Source of the DNA: an uncultured Planctomycetota bacterium
GTDB taxonomy: Bacteria > Planctomycetota > Planctomycetia > Isosphaerales > Isosphaeraceae
Length of the DNA stretch: 64,000 nucleotides
Direction: 5' to 3'
Assembly (NCBI GenBank): GCA_963845755.1
Contig: CAWJTV010000010.1
Coordinates: forward strand, 1 to 64,000
Part shown: positions 1-11,400 of the stretch, one piece after another
Layout: each line of letters begins with the position of its first letter
Position numbering within the stretch: position 1 is the stretch's first letter
The notes under the pieces: model-generated
The model's database searches: none
What the model was told of the DNA's origin: nothing
What the model saw: only the letters and a program-made list of their open reading frames with translations
Made by a program: the position numbers and the translations under genes

Positions 1-2470
1 GCTATCGGGCATCAGGTTGACGGCCCGGTGAAGGGGGGCCAGCGCCTCGTCGACGCGACCCATGCGATACAGGCAATGGCCGAGGTTATAGTAGGCGTAG
101 CCATAATCCGGCTTCAACTCGCTGGCGCGCCGGTAAGCGGCGATCGCCTCGTCAAGGTGGCCCTTCTCGGCGAGGAGCACACCGAGATCCAGGTGAGCCA
201 TGCTAAAATCGGGCTTCAAGTCGATGGCCTGGTGATAGGCGACGAGCGCCTTGTCCAGTCGTCCCGTGCGGGAAAGGGCGAGGCCGAGGTTAACGCGCAC
301 TCCCGGGCTATCGGGTCGCAGCGCCACGGCCACGGTCAAGAATCGAATGGCCTCCTCATTCTGTGGCGGGTGGCAACGGCCCAGTGCCATGCCCAGGTCG
401 TGGTTGATCCAGAAGTCTCCCGCGAAAGCCTGCTGGGCGCGTTGCAGAAGCGCCAGCGCCGCTTCAGTGGCACCTCGCTGAGCGAGGCCCAGTTCCAGGA
501 CGAACAGGGCTTCGGGCGGCTGAACGGCGGTATCGACTTCGTGCGCCAGCTTTTCCATCGCCTGGCGATCGTTCTTCTCCCGCGCGGCCCGCACGCCTTG
601 CCGCCAGGGGTCCGAGTCCGCCACGGAAAGCAACTGCTTCAACCAGCCGGCCTCCGGGGCTTTCTCGGATCTCGCCAGGATCAACCAGTGGTCCAGGGCC
701 GCCAGTAGGGTGCTGCGGACCGACGGGGGTCGACGCCTTAGTACCGCGGCTGCCTGCTCCGGTGTCGTCGCATCCATTCGCAAGCCGTACGTTCCGAAGG
801 CTTGCTGATACTCGACCCGCGACCGATCAAGGACAAACCGGTTGTCGTTCACGTCCGCCTGGCGAAGGCGGATGGCCTCGAGGTCGGCGACCAAGCGAAT
901 GTCGGCCTCCTGCTCGGCCAGGGATCGTAGCAAGCTCGTCACGCGCTCGGCCAAGGCGGGCTCGGCCGTGACGTCCTGAAGCAGGACCTCGGCGCGCTTG
1001 GCCGCTGCCTGCGCTTGCGGCCACAGACCCTCTTCCTGGAATCGTTGCGCCTCTGTCAGGGCGGCCTGGAGTTCGGCGGTCCTCTTGGCCTGCCGCGCGG
1101 CCCGGTCGCGCACGATCCAGCCGACGCTGCCCGCCAGCACCGTCAGAACCGCGAGCAAGGTCACCGCCGCCGACACCATCACCGGCCGGTGTCTCCGTGC
1201 CCACCTGCGTCGTGCGCTGGAGCGGCGTCGACCGCCTGGCCAGGATCGGCTCGTCCCTCAAGAACCGTCGCAGGTCGTTGTCCAGTTCCCGGGCCGTGGC
1301 ATAGCGCTCTGCGGGGTTCTTGGCCATGGCCTTGAGTACGATGGTTTCCAGGTCCAGGGGGATGGCCTTGTTGACCCTCCGCACAGGCTTCGGTTCCTCG
1401 AGCGCGATTTGGCGGAGCAGCTCCTGGCGGTCACGGCCGTCGAACGTCGGTTCGAGCGTCAGAAACTCGTAGAGGGTCGCGCCGAGTGAATAGATGTCGG
1501 TGCGGTGGTCCACGCCCGTGGGCTGGGCCAGGGCTTGTTCCGGGCTCATGTAGCGCAGTGTGCCCACGAGGTCGCCGGTGAGGGTCAGCCCGACCGGCCC
1601 CTGGCGACAGTGCGCCAGGCCGAAGTCCGTGACCCATAAGCGGACTCCTTCTGCCTCGGCTCCTGCTTCCTCAAACGCGAAGGGAGAAATCGATTCGACG
1701 AGCAGGTTGGCCGGCTTGATATCCCGATGCACCACGCCGAGCTGATGAGCATGGTCCAGCGCCTCGGCGGCCTGCATACCCAGGAGGGCCGCCGCGCGGA
1801 AGCGCCCGGGACTCGCGGCGGCGGAAGGCTCCGCCCTGGGTGGCGTAGCGGAGGATGCCGCGGCGTGGCGATCGCTCGGTTCCGAGGTGACACCGGCCCG
1901 GCCACACGCGCTCCCACGGCGCAAGTTCCCGATGATCGCGGCCAGCGTCTGCCCCTCGATATACTGCATGGCGTAGTAGTGGGTGCCGCGGTCACAGCCG
2001 ACGCCGAAGACCGGTACAATGTGCCTATGATGCAGGCTAGCCGCGGCTTGCGCCTCATTCTTGAACCGCTGTAACTGCCGGGAATCCAGCGCGGCGGCAA
2101 ACGGCAGGACCTTCAGTGCCACCCGGCGGCCGAGGGAAATCTGATTCGCTTCGTACACCACACCCATGCCGCCGCGGCCGACCTCGCGCACGAGGCGGAA
2201 ATCGCCGAGCTGGCCGAATTCGGACATGTTTTCCAGGGCAGTTGGCTGCTCAGATCGTCCCGAACCCCGCAGACTGAGGGCCGCATCTTGTAAGAGTTCC
2301 AGGCTCGCCAGACAGGCCTTCAGGGGCTCCGCCATCTCGGGAAATCGGGTCACTAACTCCTCCGGGTTCGGCCGGGCACCGGCTTCCAGCTCCGCGAGGT
2401 ACTCCTCCAGGATGCCGATCACCTCAGGGGTAGGCTCGAGCGCCACCGGGACGGGCACAAAGGCAGTCAT
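1..2470 (-). CDS. Membrane Ser/Thr protein kinase with C-terminal TPR repeats (module 1); runs off the left edge; one frameshift near 1210
   Basis: Hanks kinase motifs GRGGMGVVY, VALK, HRDIKPAN, DFG, GTLRYMSPE. After the shift the other frame reads WARRHRPVMVSAAVTLLAVLTVLAGSVGW (TM helix) and stays open to base 1 with TPR-like repeats (LKPDFSMAHLDLG, LKPDYGYAYYNLG). Confidence 0.9.
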
Positions 2471-3099
2471 ACGAGTTCCTCCGCTTGCAGCAGTTGCCTG
2501 AGCTGATCGACGGCCCGCACCCAGAGGATGCGGACGGCTCCGGCCGACCGGCCCATGCGCCGGGCCACCTCGGGGAACGGCAGCCCTTCCAGGTTCCGCA
2601 GGACAAGGACCTCGCGGTAGTCGGGGGAGAGTCGAGCCAACTGATCGGCCACGCGAGCGGCGATCTCCGAACGCTGGGCCTGGCTGCTGGGCGAAATCGA
2701 GCGGCCGACCAGCGCGGCCTCGATTCGTCCCGATGAGCGATCCATGACGGCCACGCGTTGCTCCAGGGAGACTTCACGTCGCGCGCTGCGTTTCTGTGCC
2801 ACCACTTGCCTCTGGACGACGCGGGCCAGGTTGTAGATCAAGATCTGGCGCAGCCAGGCGACCCATTCGCCCGGGCTGTTGCCGCGGAAATGGTCGAAGT
2901 CGCGGCACGCATCCAGGAACGTCTCCTGGACCACGTCCGAGGCATCGACCCGACCCTGCAGGTGGAGATCGATCTGAGTCCGGGCCAACAGCGTCAGGTA
3001 GGTGCGATTCAACTCCAGTAGTCTGCCCAGCGACTCTGTGCGCCCGCCGCGGGCGTCAGCCAGGAGCTGTTCGGGATCCAGTTGACCCTGGGCCCTCAT
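2467..3099 (-). CDS. ECF sigma-70 factor, planctomycete kinase-associated type
   Basis: Region 2 (LQGRVDASDVVQETFLDA) and region 4 (LSPDYREVLVLRNLEGLPFPEVARRMGRS). Its stop overlaps the kinase start by 4 bp. Confidence 0.92.
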   Translation of the reverse strand: MRAQGQLDPEQLLADARGGRTESLGRLLELNRTYLTLLARTQIDLHLQGRVDASDVVQETFLDACRDFDHFRGNSPGEWVAWLRQILIYNLARVVQRQVVAQKRSARREVSLEQRVAVMDRSSGRIEAALVGRSISPSSQAQRSEIAARVADQLARLSPDYREVLVLRNLEGLPFPEVARRMGRSAGAVRILWVRAVDQLRQLLQAEELV

Positions 3100-3153
3100 G
3101 AAGTCCTCCGACGCCGCGTTCGACTGGCAATGTGAGACGGCAGTGATGTTCTT

Positions 3154-3225
3154 GTAGGTCGGGCTTTCCGACTTGACATTGTAGGGCTCTTCGTGAGGCC
3201 TGTCAGGTGAGAACGCCCGACCTAT
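3154..3225. repeat. GTAG-type REP-like inverted repeat pair
   Basis: GTAGGTCGGGCTTTCCGACTTGACA (3154-3178) and TGTCAGGTGAGAACGCCCGACCTAT (3201-3225) are imperfect reverse complements; intergenic. Confidence 0.6.
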
Positions 3226-3259
3226 GCGGCGCGATGACTCAATCGCCTATCGCGGTCCC

Positions 3260-3331
3260 GGGAGGGCGATCCGCCAAACGCGGACTGTCGAGCCAACCGG
3301 GAAAGCGGCTTGCCGGGAGGCTCGCCCTCCC
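3260..3331. repeat. Second REP-like palindromic element
   Basis: GGGAGGGCGA (3260-3269) and TCGCCCTCCC (3322-3331) are perfect 10-bp inverted ends around a degenerate interior. Confidence 0.55.
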
Positions 3332-3388
3332 CGAATGGCGCGTCGCCGTTTAGAGCGGTTCCACTGAGCTCGCGCCTGGCGATTCGAG

Positions 3389-5131
3389 TCAGCTCACGGT
3401 GCCATAGATGTTGTCGTTGCTGGTGGAGGCGAAGTTGAGAGTGACCGTCGTTTTCTTGAGGGTCACCACGCCGCCGGTTGAGATATAGAGGCCGCCGCCG
3501 ATGCCGTCGCCTGCGCTACCGCCGGCGCCGGCGAGGCCGCCCAAGGCCGCGTTCAGGCTGACGACCGTGTCTTCGAGGGTCGCCGAGCCAGCCCCGCTGA
3601 CGAAGATTCCCCCACCGTAGCCGAAGCCGCCGTTGGCTCCCGAGCCGCCCGCGCCGCCCTGGGCCACATTGCCGATCAGCATGCCCCCGGAAAGATCCAG
3701 CGACGCTTCGAAACCCACGTTAATCCCGCCGCCGGCGGCATCGCCGCCGTTGGCTCCCGCTCCCCCGGCACCGCCTTTGGCGATGTTACCCAGGAATGTC
3801 GTGTTGGTGACGGTCGCGCTCGTTCCAAAGAGCTCGAGACCACCGCCGCCGGCATCGATGACACCCGGGCCCGTTGCCGTGTTACCAACGAGCGTGCTGC
3901 TGGAAAGCGCGAGAGTCCCGGTCCCCATGAAGATCCCGCCCCCCAATGCCGACTCGTTGACGCCAGTGGCCTGGTTGTTGCTAATGATGCAGTTGGTCAC
4001 CGTGACCGCGCCGTAAGAGTTGCTGGCCACCCCGCCGCCGATGCCGGCGGAGTTGCCGCTGACGGTGCAGTTGATGAGCGTGAGCGTGCTGTTGCCGGCG
4101 GTGTTGTCCAACCCGCCGCCGATGCCATAGCCGGCAACGCCGATGGAGTGACCGCTTTTCGTTGCCGTGTTACCGCCGATTGTGCAATTGGTGAGCGTGG
4201 CTGTGCCGAAGTAGTTGATCACGCCGCCGCCCGAGGCTGCTGCGTTGCCGCTGATCGTGCAGCCTGTGAGCGTCGTCGTGCCGGAATAGTTCGATACGCC
4301 GCCGCCGCCGAAGGCCGCGAAGTTGCCGCTGATCGTGCAGCCTGTGAGCGTCGTCGTGCCGTAGCTCCCTACGCCGCCGCCCGTGCCGGCGGAATTGCCG
4401 CTGACGGTGCAGTCGGTCAGCGTCAGGCTCCCCGTGCTGGAATTCTCCACGCCGCCGCCTTCGGCGATGTTGACGTAACCGCCGCCGAACTCGTATGCTC
4501 TGTTGTAGGCGGCATTTCCGTTGAGCGTGCAGCCGATGAGGTCGGCCGTGCCGGAATTGAACACGCCGCCGCCGGCGCCGTACTTGTAATTGAACACGCC
4601 GCCGTAGTTGGATGTGTTGCCGCTGACGGTGCAGTCGATGAGCGTCACCGTGCCCTGGTTGTTAACGCCACCGCCGTAGTGGCTGTTATTCCCGCCCATG
4701 ATGGTGAGGCCCGAAAGGGTCGCTGTGAGGCCCGGATCGATCTTGAACACACTGTTGGCCGGTCCGGCCGAGGTATAGTTGCCGTTCACCGTCACGCCCG
4801 CGGTTGGGCCGGTGATTGTCTCCGTCCCGGTCTGGTCGCTCAGCTCGAGCTGGCCGAGGGCCGGATTGAGGTTAATCGTCTGCGGCTTGCGGAAAACCGT
4901 CTTGTCGAACGTGATCGTCTCGGCTCCCCCATTGGTATTCGCCTGGACGATCGCCTGGCGCAGGTCGGTTTTGCCTGCGATGGGCGTGTCGGTCGGGTTG
5001 TTGACGACGATCGTGGACAGCAGAGCGCGTCCCTCCAGCTCCAGCAGCGCCGGCCGGATTCGCCACCGTCGCCGTCCGTGAAACGTGCCCCGCCCGCCCC
5101 TCCGCTGATCCCCTATCAAGTTGTAACCCAT
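3389..5131 (-). CDS. Exported Gly/Asn-rich right-handed beta-helix (polymorphic-repeat) protein with planctomycete LEPR-XLL-type N-terminal signal
   Basis: Arg-rich N-terminus then PALLELEGRALLST; repeated GGGVxNxGTxTLTxCTxSGNxA units; C-terminal NFASTSNDNIYG. Confidence 0.88.
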   Translation of the reverse strand: MGYNLIGDQRRGGRGTFHGRRRWRIRPALLELEGRALLSTIVVNNPTDTPIAGKTDLRQAIVQANTNGGAETITFDKTVFRKPQTINLNPALGQLELSDQTGTETITGPTAGVTVNGNYTSAGPANSVFKIDPGLTATLSGLTIMGGNNSHYGGGVNNQGTVTLIDCTVSGNTSNYGGVFNYKYGAGGGVFNSGTADLIGCTLNGNAAYNRAYEFGGGYVNIAEGGGVENSSTGSLTLTDCTVSGNSAGTGGGVGSYGTTTLTGCTISGNFAAFGGGGVSNYSGTTTLTGCTISGNAAASGGGVINYFGTATLTNCTIGGNTATKSGHSIGVAGYGIGGGLDNTAGNSTLTLINCTVSGNSAGIGGGVASNSYGAVTVTNCIISNNQATGVNESALGGGIFMGTGTLALSSSTLVGNTATGPGVIDAGGGGLELFGTSATVTNTTFLGNIAKGGAGGAGANGGDAAGGGINVGFEASLDLSGGMLIGNVAQGGAGGSGANGGFGYGGGIFVSGAGSATLEDTVVSLNAALGGLAGAGGSAGDGIGGGLYISTGGVVTLKKTTVTLNFASTSNDNIYGTVS

Positions 5132-5229
5132 GGTTCTATGGCTCCCGTCGTGGTGCAGAATCTCTCGTCGGGATCCATGAGATCCCCCTATCCCTTCAGC
5201 CCCATTCTCTGACCAAGTTGTTACGCGCG

Positions 5230-5257
5230 AGATGGCTTCCGCCCAGAGGGTGGTACA
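5230..5257 (-). promoter_or_regulatory. Candidate ECF promoter for the beta-helix gene (TGTACCA-N16-CATCT)
   Basis: Minus strand reads TGTACCA ccctctgggcggaagc CATCT about 100 bp upstream of the start. The spacing resembles the other ECF-like motifs, but it is a single copy. Confidence 0.25.
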
Positions 5258-5932
5258 AGGACGCTGCTATGGCTGTCCGGCACAACATTCGTGAGATGCT
5301 CTGCCGGGCAAAGTGACTGCCATACTAATGTCATTCCGCGCCGTTTGCCCAAATGCACGCATGGGTCCGCATGCGACAACACTTCAAAGACTGCACGCGG
5401 ACCGCCGGCATCGACGCAGCGGCCAGTGATGTTATTCCGTCGTCGTTCGGTTTTCTATCATGAGATCGCCTCACCGCTGGAGTTGTGCGGGCCCGCCAGG
5501 CACGTGTTCCTTCCTGCTGTGCGCGGTCGGTCCGACGACACCGCAGCACCCACAGGGGTTGCCTCTGGCCCTCTGCGGGCTGGATCGGCTCGGATGCTGC
5601 CGCCCTTTTGCGCTTCTGAACGACTGTCACCTTCGGCCCGTAATCGCGTACCGATGAACAGGTACGATCAAACCGGGTGTCGGGATTTCGCGATCCAACT
5701 TGGTGTCGCGTGACAGCCCCCGCTCGCCCGAGCCTGACCCTTCGGGAACAGACTCTGAGTTGAGGGGAGATGCAGGCACCGGCGAGCTGGCCTCTCGATA
5801 AAAGGGGAGTTGGGGGATACGCAGGCGGCAGTAGCAGGCTCTCAGGCCGCGTGGTCGATGTTACTGGAGATCGCGGAAAGCGGTCTATTGCCGGCTCCCA
5901 TCCAGGCGATACCATGGATGGAGACTGAGGAC

Positions 5933-6397
5933 ATGCTCCGGATTGCCTTTGAGGCCCAGTTGAACATGGCGTACATCTTCACAATTGCTATCGCCGTCGT
6001 TCTCCTGGTCGCCGTCGCGCGGTGGCGCCGTCCCGTCCGCCCGATCACCGCGTTCTGCCTCGCCCTCCTCACGTGGGCCTGGATCTGGGCGAACCTTCGG
6101 AATTCCGGATGGCAAGAAGTGTGGAACGAGCGCGCCCCTGAGGGGTTGGACCCGGTCACAAAAGCCATGTTCTATCGCGGTTGGCCTCTCGCCCCCTTCA
6201 TGCTCTGCCTGACTTACTTTAACAGATTCCGTCCCAGCGGCTTCGAGGGAATCGCTTTGGTCTTCGACTGGCTCGTTCTGTTCCTCGTCCTCTCTCTTGC
6301 GAGATTTGTGTGTGAACGATGTTCTCGCCGGCGAGTCGCACGCGGCCAGCTCACGCCTTGCTCCATCGAGGGACCTCTCGATAAGAAGGCGATTTGA
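5933..6397 (+). CDS. Hypothetical membrane protein (about 3 TM helices); start uncertain (5810-5966)
   Basis: Hydrophobic stretches YIFTIAIAVVLLVAVA, ITAFCLALLTWAWIWAN, IALVFDWLVLFLVLSLA; YRGWP motif; GAGG upstream of the ATG at 5933. Confidence 0.65.
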   Translation: MLRIAFEAQLNMAYIFTIAIAVVLLVAVARWRRPVRPITAFCLALLTWAWIWANLRNSGWQEVWNERAPEGLDPVTKAMFYRGWPLAPFMLCLTYFNRFRPSGFEGIALVFDWLVLFLVLSLARFVCERCSRRRVARGQLTPCSIEGPLDKKAI

Positions 6398-6646
6398 GAA
6401 TCGTACATCTGGCAGAGAGCCCGGAGCGACACGGGCAAGACGACCCAGAACGGACCAGGTTGCATCCATCCTCCGTGACTTCCAGGCCGACCTCGAAGAC
6501 AGCTTGAACACGGCCTGCTCGCGATTTCGCTCCCCGTCCCACCGCCACGCCGAACCCCGCGAGTCTGCACCTCCCTCCCGACCGCCGCACGTCCCAACGG
6601 CTGGGACGCCCGTTCCGGAGACCCGTGTGCAGAATCTCAAGACGTC

Positions 6647-6679
6647 CTGTCCACGATGGGGGTCGCCGCGCAAGTATCC
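6647..6679 (+). promoter_or_regulatory. Putative ECF target promoter, copy 1 (CTGTCCACGAT-N7-GCCGCGCAAGTATCC)
   Basis: 28/33 identical to 12730-12762; about 210 bp upstream of the PEP-CTERM gene, same strand. Confidence 0.7.
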
Positions 6680-6887
6680 GTTATAGAGACCTGTCCAAAG
6701 CCGGACGGTCCCGATCTCCCCCTCCCGGAGCGGCTCGGCGCTGCGCCGCTCGGTCGGGGCGGGAGCGTGATGGGCACTCGGGCTCCAGTCGCCGCGTTTC
6801 AATCGCAGGTAGAAGAGGGATTCCTGGGTTCTGTTGGTGACTCTCGAGAAGCGTCCAGAGCATCCCCTAACGGACTGACACAGGAGA

Positions 6888-7619
6888 ATGACCATGAGAT
6901 CATTGTGGATCGCCTTGGCCACCGTGTTCGCGACCCTAGCCTCATCGACGGCCGAGGCGGGTTACGTGATCACCCAGAATCTTCCGGCCAACGATGTCAT
7001 TATCGGCGTCGATGGCCGCGCCGATGGTGCCGCCAATTTCAGCGGACCCGGCCAGGATGACTGGTTTCAGCCCTTCAATACCAATGGCAACTTGCTGGAA
7101 TACACCTTCCAGCCCGGGACCTATACGTTCCGCGTCATCGACTCGACCGACGCCTCGGCTATGTTTCCGAAGCTCACGAGCACCCAGTTGGGCGAGATCG
7201 GGGATGGCGCCTGGACTTATAACTCGCCCTGGATCACACAATACATGGCATGGGATGTGTCGGCCCTCAACGATCCGAGTGAACATCAGCTCTTCACGGG
7301 ATCAGTTGACCCCACGCTCACCATATACGGTAGCGCGGGCGCTGCGTATCAGGCGGCGATCGCGGGCGGCTATTTCGATACAATCGTCACGGGCAGCGGA
7401 CGAAATTCGGGGATCGTGCAGTCGTCTTACACATTTGCAAGCACCGAGACACTCATCTTCGCTGTTCCGGATTATGCCCTCTCGGATAATAACGGGATAG
7501 TCGGCGTACTCATTACCTCGCAGTCCGTGCCCGAGCCCACAAGCCTCATGCTCCTCGGCGTAGGCTGCGGTGGTCTGTTCGTGTATAGTCGACGGAAACC
7601 GATTCGGAATCGACCTTGA
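6888..7619 (+). CDS. PEP-CTERM exported/surface protein
   Basis: Signal peptide (MRSLWIALATVFATLASSTAEA); C-terminal VPEPTSLMLLGVGCGGLFVYSRRK sorting signal. Confidence 0.9.
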   Translation: MTMRSLWIALATVFATLASSTAEAGYVITQNLPANDVIIGVDGRADGAANFSGPGQDDWFQPFNTNGNLLEYTFQPGTYTFRVIDSTDASAMFPKLTSTQLGEIGDGAWTYNSPWITQYMAWDVSALNDPSEHQLFTGSVDPTLTIYGSAGAAYQAAIAGGYFDTIVTGSGRNSGIVQSSYTFASTETLIFAVPDYALSDNNGIVGVLITSQSVPEPTSLMLLGVGCGGLFVYSRRKPIRNRP

Positions 7620-7801
7620 TTGTCTCGAAGCCTCAACGCGGTCTCGTGGAGCCGATGGAAGTTTGTCTCCGCCATTCGGGTGTCACCAATCCTTGATCCC
7701 GAGTCCGTACCGTCTCATTTTTCCCCTGCGATGCATGCAAGGGAAGGAAAGCCGCCCTGGATTTCCCCACAATTGCCGCAGCCGGCTAGAGGGACGAAGC
7801 G

Positions 7802-8452
7802 ATGAGGCCCGAGCCCCTGCCTGAAAACGACGAACGGGGGCTGATCGACCGCGCGGCCGAAGGGGACGGAGCCGCGCTGGCGGAACTGTTCGGCCGCTAT
7901 CGCAAGCGGCTGCGGCAGATGGTCCGGCTACGCCTGGATCGACGGCTCCAGGGCCGCGTCGATGCCTCCGACGTGCTCCAGGAAGCCTATCTCGACGTCG
8001 CCCAGCAACTGCCCTCCTTCCTGGCCAAGCCCGAGATGTCGTTCTTCCTCTGGCTGCGGCTCGTGGCCGGTCAGCGGATGATGCGGATCCATCGCGAGCA
8101 CCTTGGCGCGGCCATGCGCGATGCCGGCCGGGAGGTCTCGCTCTACAAGGGAGCCTTGCCCCAGGCCAGCTCGGCCTCTCTGGCGGCTCAACTCCTCGGA
8201 CGGCTCACCTCGGCCAGCAAGGTCATCTCCCGGGCCGAAGTCCAGCTTCAGATCCAGGCCGCGCTCAATGGCATGGAGCCGATCGACCGCGAGATCATCG
8301 CCCTGCGACACTTCGAGGAGCTGACCAATGCCGAAGCGGCCGAAGTCCTGGGCCTGGAAACATCAACGGCCAGCAAACGGTACATCCGGGCACTCAAGCG
8401 ACTCCAGGCGGCCCTGGAGCACGTCCCCGACCTTCTGGATCGCATCCGCTGA
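7802..8452 (+). CDS. ECF sigma-70 factor, planctomycete kinase-associated type (module 2)
   Basis: RLQGRVDASDVLQEAYL region 2; DREIIALRHFEELTNAEAAEVLG region 4. Confidence 0.92.
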   Translation: MRPEPLPENDERGLIDRAAEGDGAALAELFGRYRKRLRQMVRLRLDRRLQGRVDASDVLQEAYLDVAQQLPSFLAKPEMSFFLWLRLVAGQRMMRIHREHLGAAMRDAGREVSLYKGALPQASSASLAAQLLGRLTSASKVISRAEVQLQIQAALNGMEPIDREIIALRHFEELTNAEAAEVLGLETSTASKRYIRALKRLQAALEHVPDLLDRIR

Positions 8453-8485
8453 TGACCCGGCTACGGGTCGCCCAAGCCCGGGGAC

Positions 8486-11400
8486 ATGATGATGTCCGAG
8501 TCATTCGCAGACCGTCCGTCGATCGAGGACCTGGCCGAGGAGTTCCTCGAGCGCCGCCGCCTGGGCGAACGCCCGACGATGGAGGACTACGCCGCGCGAT
8601 ATCCTCATCTGGCCGGCGAGATCCGCGAGTTCTTCCCGGTACTCGGACTGGTCGAAGATTTCAAGCCCTCCCTGGGCGAGGCCAGCGGACGCATCGACGG
8701 CTCGAGGATCCCGGGCCTGACCGCGGGGCTGCAAAGGCTGGGTGACTTCCGTTTGCTCCGGGAGGTCGGCCGAGGCGGGATGGGGATCGTCTACGAGGCC
8801 GAGCAGGAGTCGCTGGGCCGCCGCGTGGCTCTGAAGGTGCTGCGCGACCACCGGCTGCTCGACCCCAAGCTCCTCATCCGGTTCCAGCGCGAGGCCAAGG
8901 CCGCCGCGCGGTCTGCACCACACCAACATCGTCCCGGTCTTCGGGGTCGGCGAGCATGAGGGCACCTACTTCTACGTCATGCAGTTCATCCGCGGACTGC
9001 CGCTGGACGCCGTGCTCAAGGGGGTTCGGCGGCTCAAGGGGACGGATGTCGGTCCGGGGTCAACGCCCGCCGTTACCCTGCCGCCGGATGGATTGACGGA
9101 GGCCGAGCTGGCTCGGTCTCTCGCGACCGGCCGGTACGCGACCGTTCAAGGGGTGGAGGCCGGGTCGAGCCCGACCGGCGAAGCGACGGCGCCGGGGGCG
9201 TGCGCCGACGATTCCTCGGCCACGTTTCCCGGCTCGCCCAGCCTCACGTCCGCGACCGACACGGCCCGGCAGTACGCGCGAAGCGTGGCGCGGGTCGGTC
9301 TCCAGGTGGCCGAGGCACTCGATTATGCCCATCAGCACGGCATCCTCCACCGCGACATCAAGCCGTCAAACCTCCTGCTCGACGCCCACGGCGCGGTCTG
9401 GGTCACCGACTTCGGCCTGGCGAAGGTCGCCAGCGACAGCGACCTGACCCGTACCGGTGACATCGTGGGCACGATCCGATACATGGCGCCCGAGCGATTC
9501 GAGGGCCGTTGCGACGCCCGCTCCGATGTCTATGCGCTGGGCCTGACCCTCTACGAACTCCTGGCCAAGAAGCCCGCCTTCGAGGCCGAGGATCGGCACG
9601 CCCTGATCCGCCAGGTGACGCAGGAGGAGCCGAGGGCCCTGCGCCGGGTCGAGCCGACCGTGCTGCGCGATCTCCATACGATCGTGCACAGGGCGATCGC
9701 CAAGGACCCCGAGGACCGCTATGCCACCGCCGCGGAGCTGCGCGACGAACTCGGGCGGTTCCTCGCCGACCGGCCGATCCGCGCACGGCCCGTCTTGCTC
9801 CCCGAACGATACTGGCGATGGTGCCGGCGCAACCCCCTGCTGGCGCTGGCCAGCAGCGCGGCCTTTGCCCTCACCATCGCGATCGCGGTCGTCTCGAGCC
9901 TCGCCGCTTACCGCAACGGCCGGCTGGCCAATCAGCTCAAGTCCCAGCGCGACGAGGCGAACCATAACCTGATCCTGGCCTATACCAGCGAGGCCGAGGC
10001 CCGCCGACATAGCCGACAGGTCGGTCAGCGATTCGGCGCGCTCGACGCCATCGCCCGCGCCATGCGCCTCGCCGCGACTGTGGGCTTGAGCGAAGCTGAG
10101 CGCGTTCACCTTCGCAACCAGGCCATCGCCGCGATGGGCCTGCCGGACGCGAGGGTTGCCTGGCAACATCCGCTCGCCGATCCGCTGAGGAGCGGCTTTA
10201 CCATCGATCCCAGCTTCGAGCGCTACGCGATCAAGCGCGACGACGGGACCATGATTGTCCGACGCATCGCCGACGACCGCGTCTTGCTCGAGCTTGCCGG
10301 CGTCCCACACCGAATCCACGGGACGATCGGTGGCTTCAGCCCCGACGGCCGTTATCTGGCGATGAAATCCTGGGATCAGCACGACCGGCTCGAGGTGTGG
10401 GACCTGGCAGCGCGCCGACTGGTCCTCACCGAGCCCAACATCTCGGGGAGCAACACCCCGACCTGGTCGTTCCACCCCGACGGCCGACGTCTCGCTCTGC
10501 GGACTTGGCGACGGCTCGATCGTCTTGCTCAATCTCCCGGATGGACGCGAGCTGCGGCGCTGGGCCGCCGGTTTCGGCCGCGCCGCTTCGATGGCGTACA
10601 ATCCCGATGGCTCCCGGCTGGCGGTCGCGCCCATTCGCAGCGGCTCGGTCTACATTCTTGCGGCCGAATCCGACGATGGCCGCGTGCTCGCCCGGCTCTC
10701 GAATCCGGCCCACGTTTTCCATATCGCCTGGAACCCGCACCGGTCGAACCTGCTGGCCGCCGGCATCGAGGATCGCACCATCCACATCTGGGATATGGAT
10801 ACCGTCCGCGACACGGTCACTCTCGAAGGGGCTACCAACAATGGCCTGGCGGTCGCCTTTCACCCCGGCGGAGACATCCTTGCCAGCCGCGACTGGGACA
10901 GTATCCTGCGGCTCTGGGATATTCGCACGAGGCAGCAGATCCTGACCATGCCGTCAAACTGGCTGCCCGAGCTCCATTTCGACCGAGACGGCCGCCGGCT
11001 GTCCGCACACGGCGTCCCGGGTTTGGTCGGGATCCTGGAAGTCTCCGACCAGGCCGAGTGCCGCTCGCTGGTCCGCGCCACGCCTCCGACTCCCATTCAT
11101 GGCCGAGCCCTTGCGATCGACGTTACGGGACGACACCTGGCCGCGGCGAGCCACGAAGGAATCACGGTCTGGGACCTGCCCACAGGGGTGGCCCTGGCGA
11201 CACTGCCCGTGACCACCATGATGTTCAATGTGCAGTTCGATCCGACCGGTGCGCTCCTGACCAGTTATCCCCTGACGCTGCGCTGGCCGATCTCATCGAG
11301 CCCGGATGGTCGCGCGATCGGCCCTCCTCAGTTCCTTCAATGGTATCAGACCCGGGACGGGTTCTCGTGCAGCCGGGATGGGCGGGTCATCGGGTTGGCC

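Noticed and set aside
5260..5900. Possible small genes or ncRNA in the long intergenic stretch
   Set aside because: The ORFs here look non-protein-like and I could not recognise an RNA family or tRNA fold by eye; a covariance-model scan would be needed.
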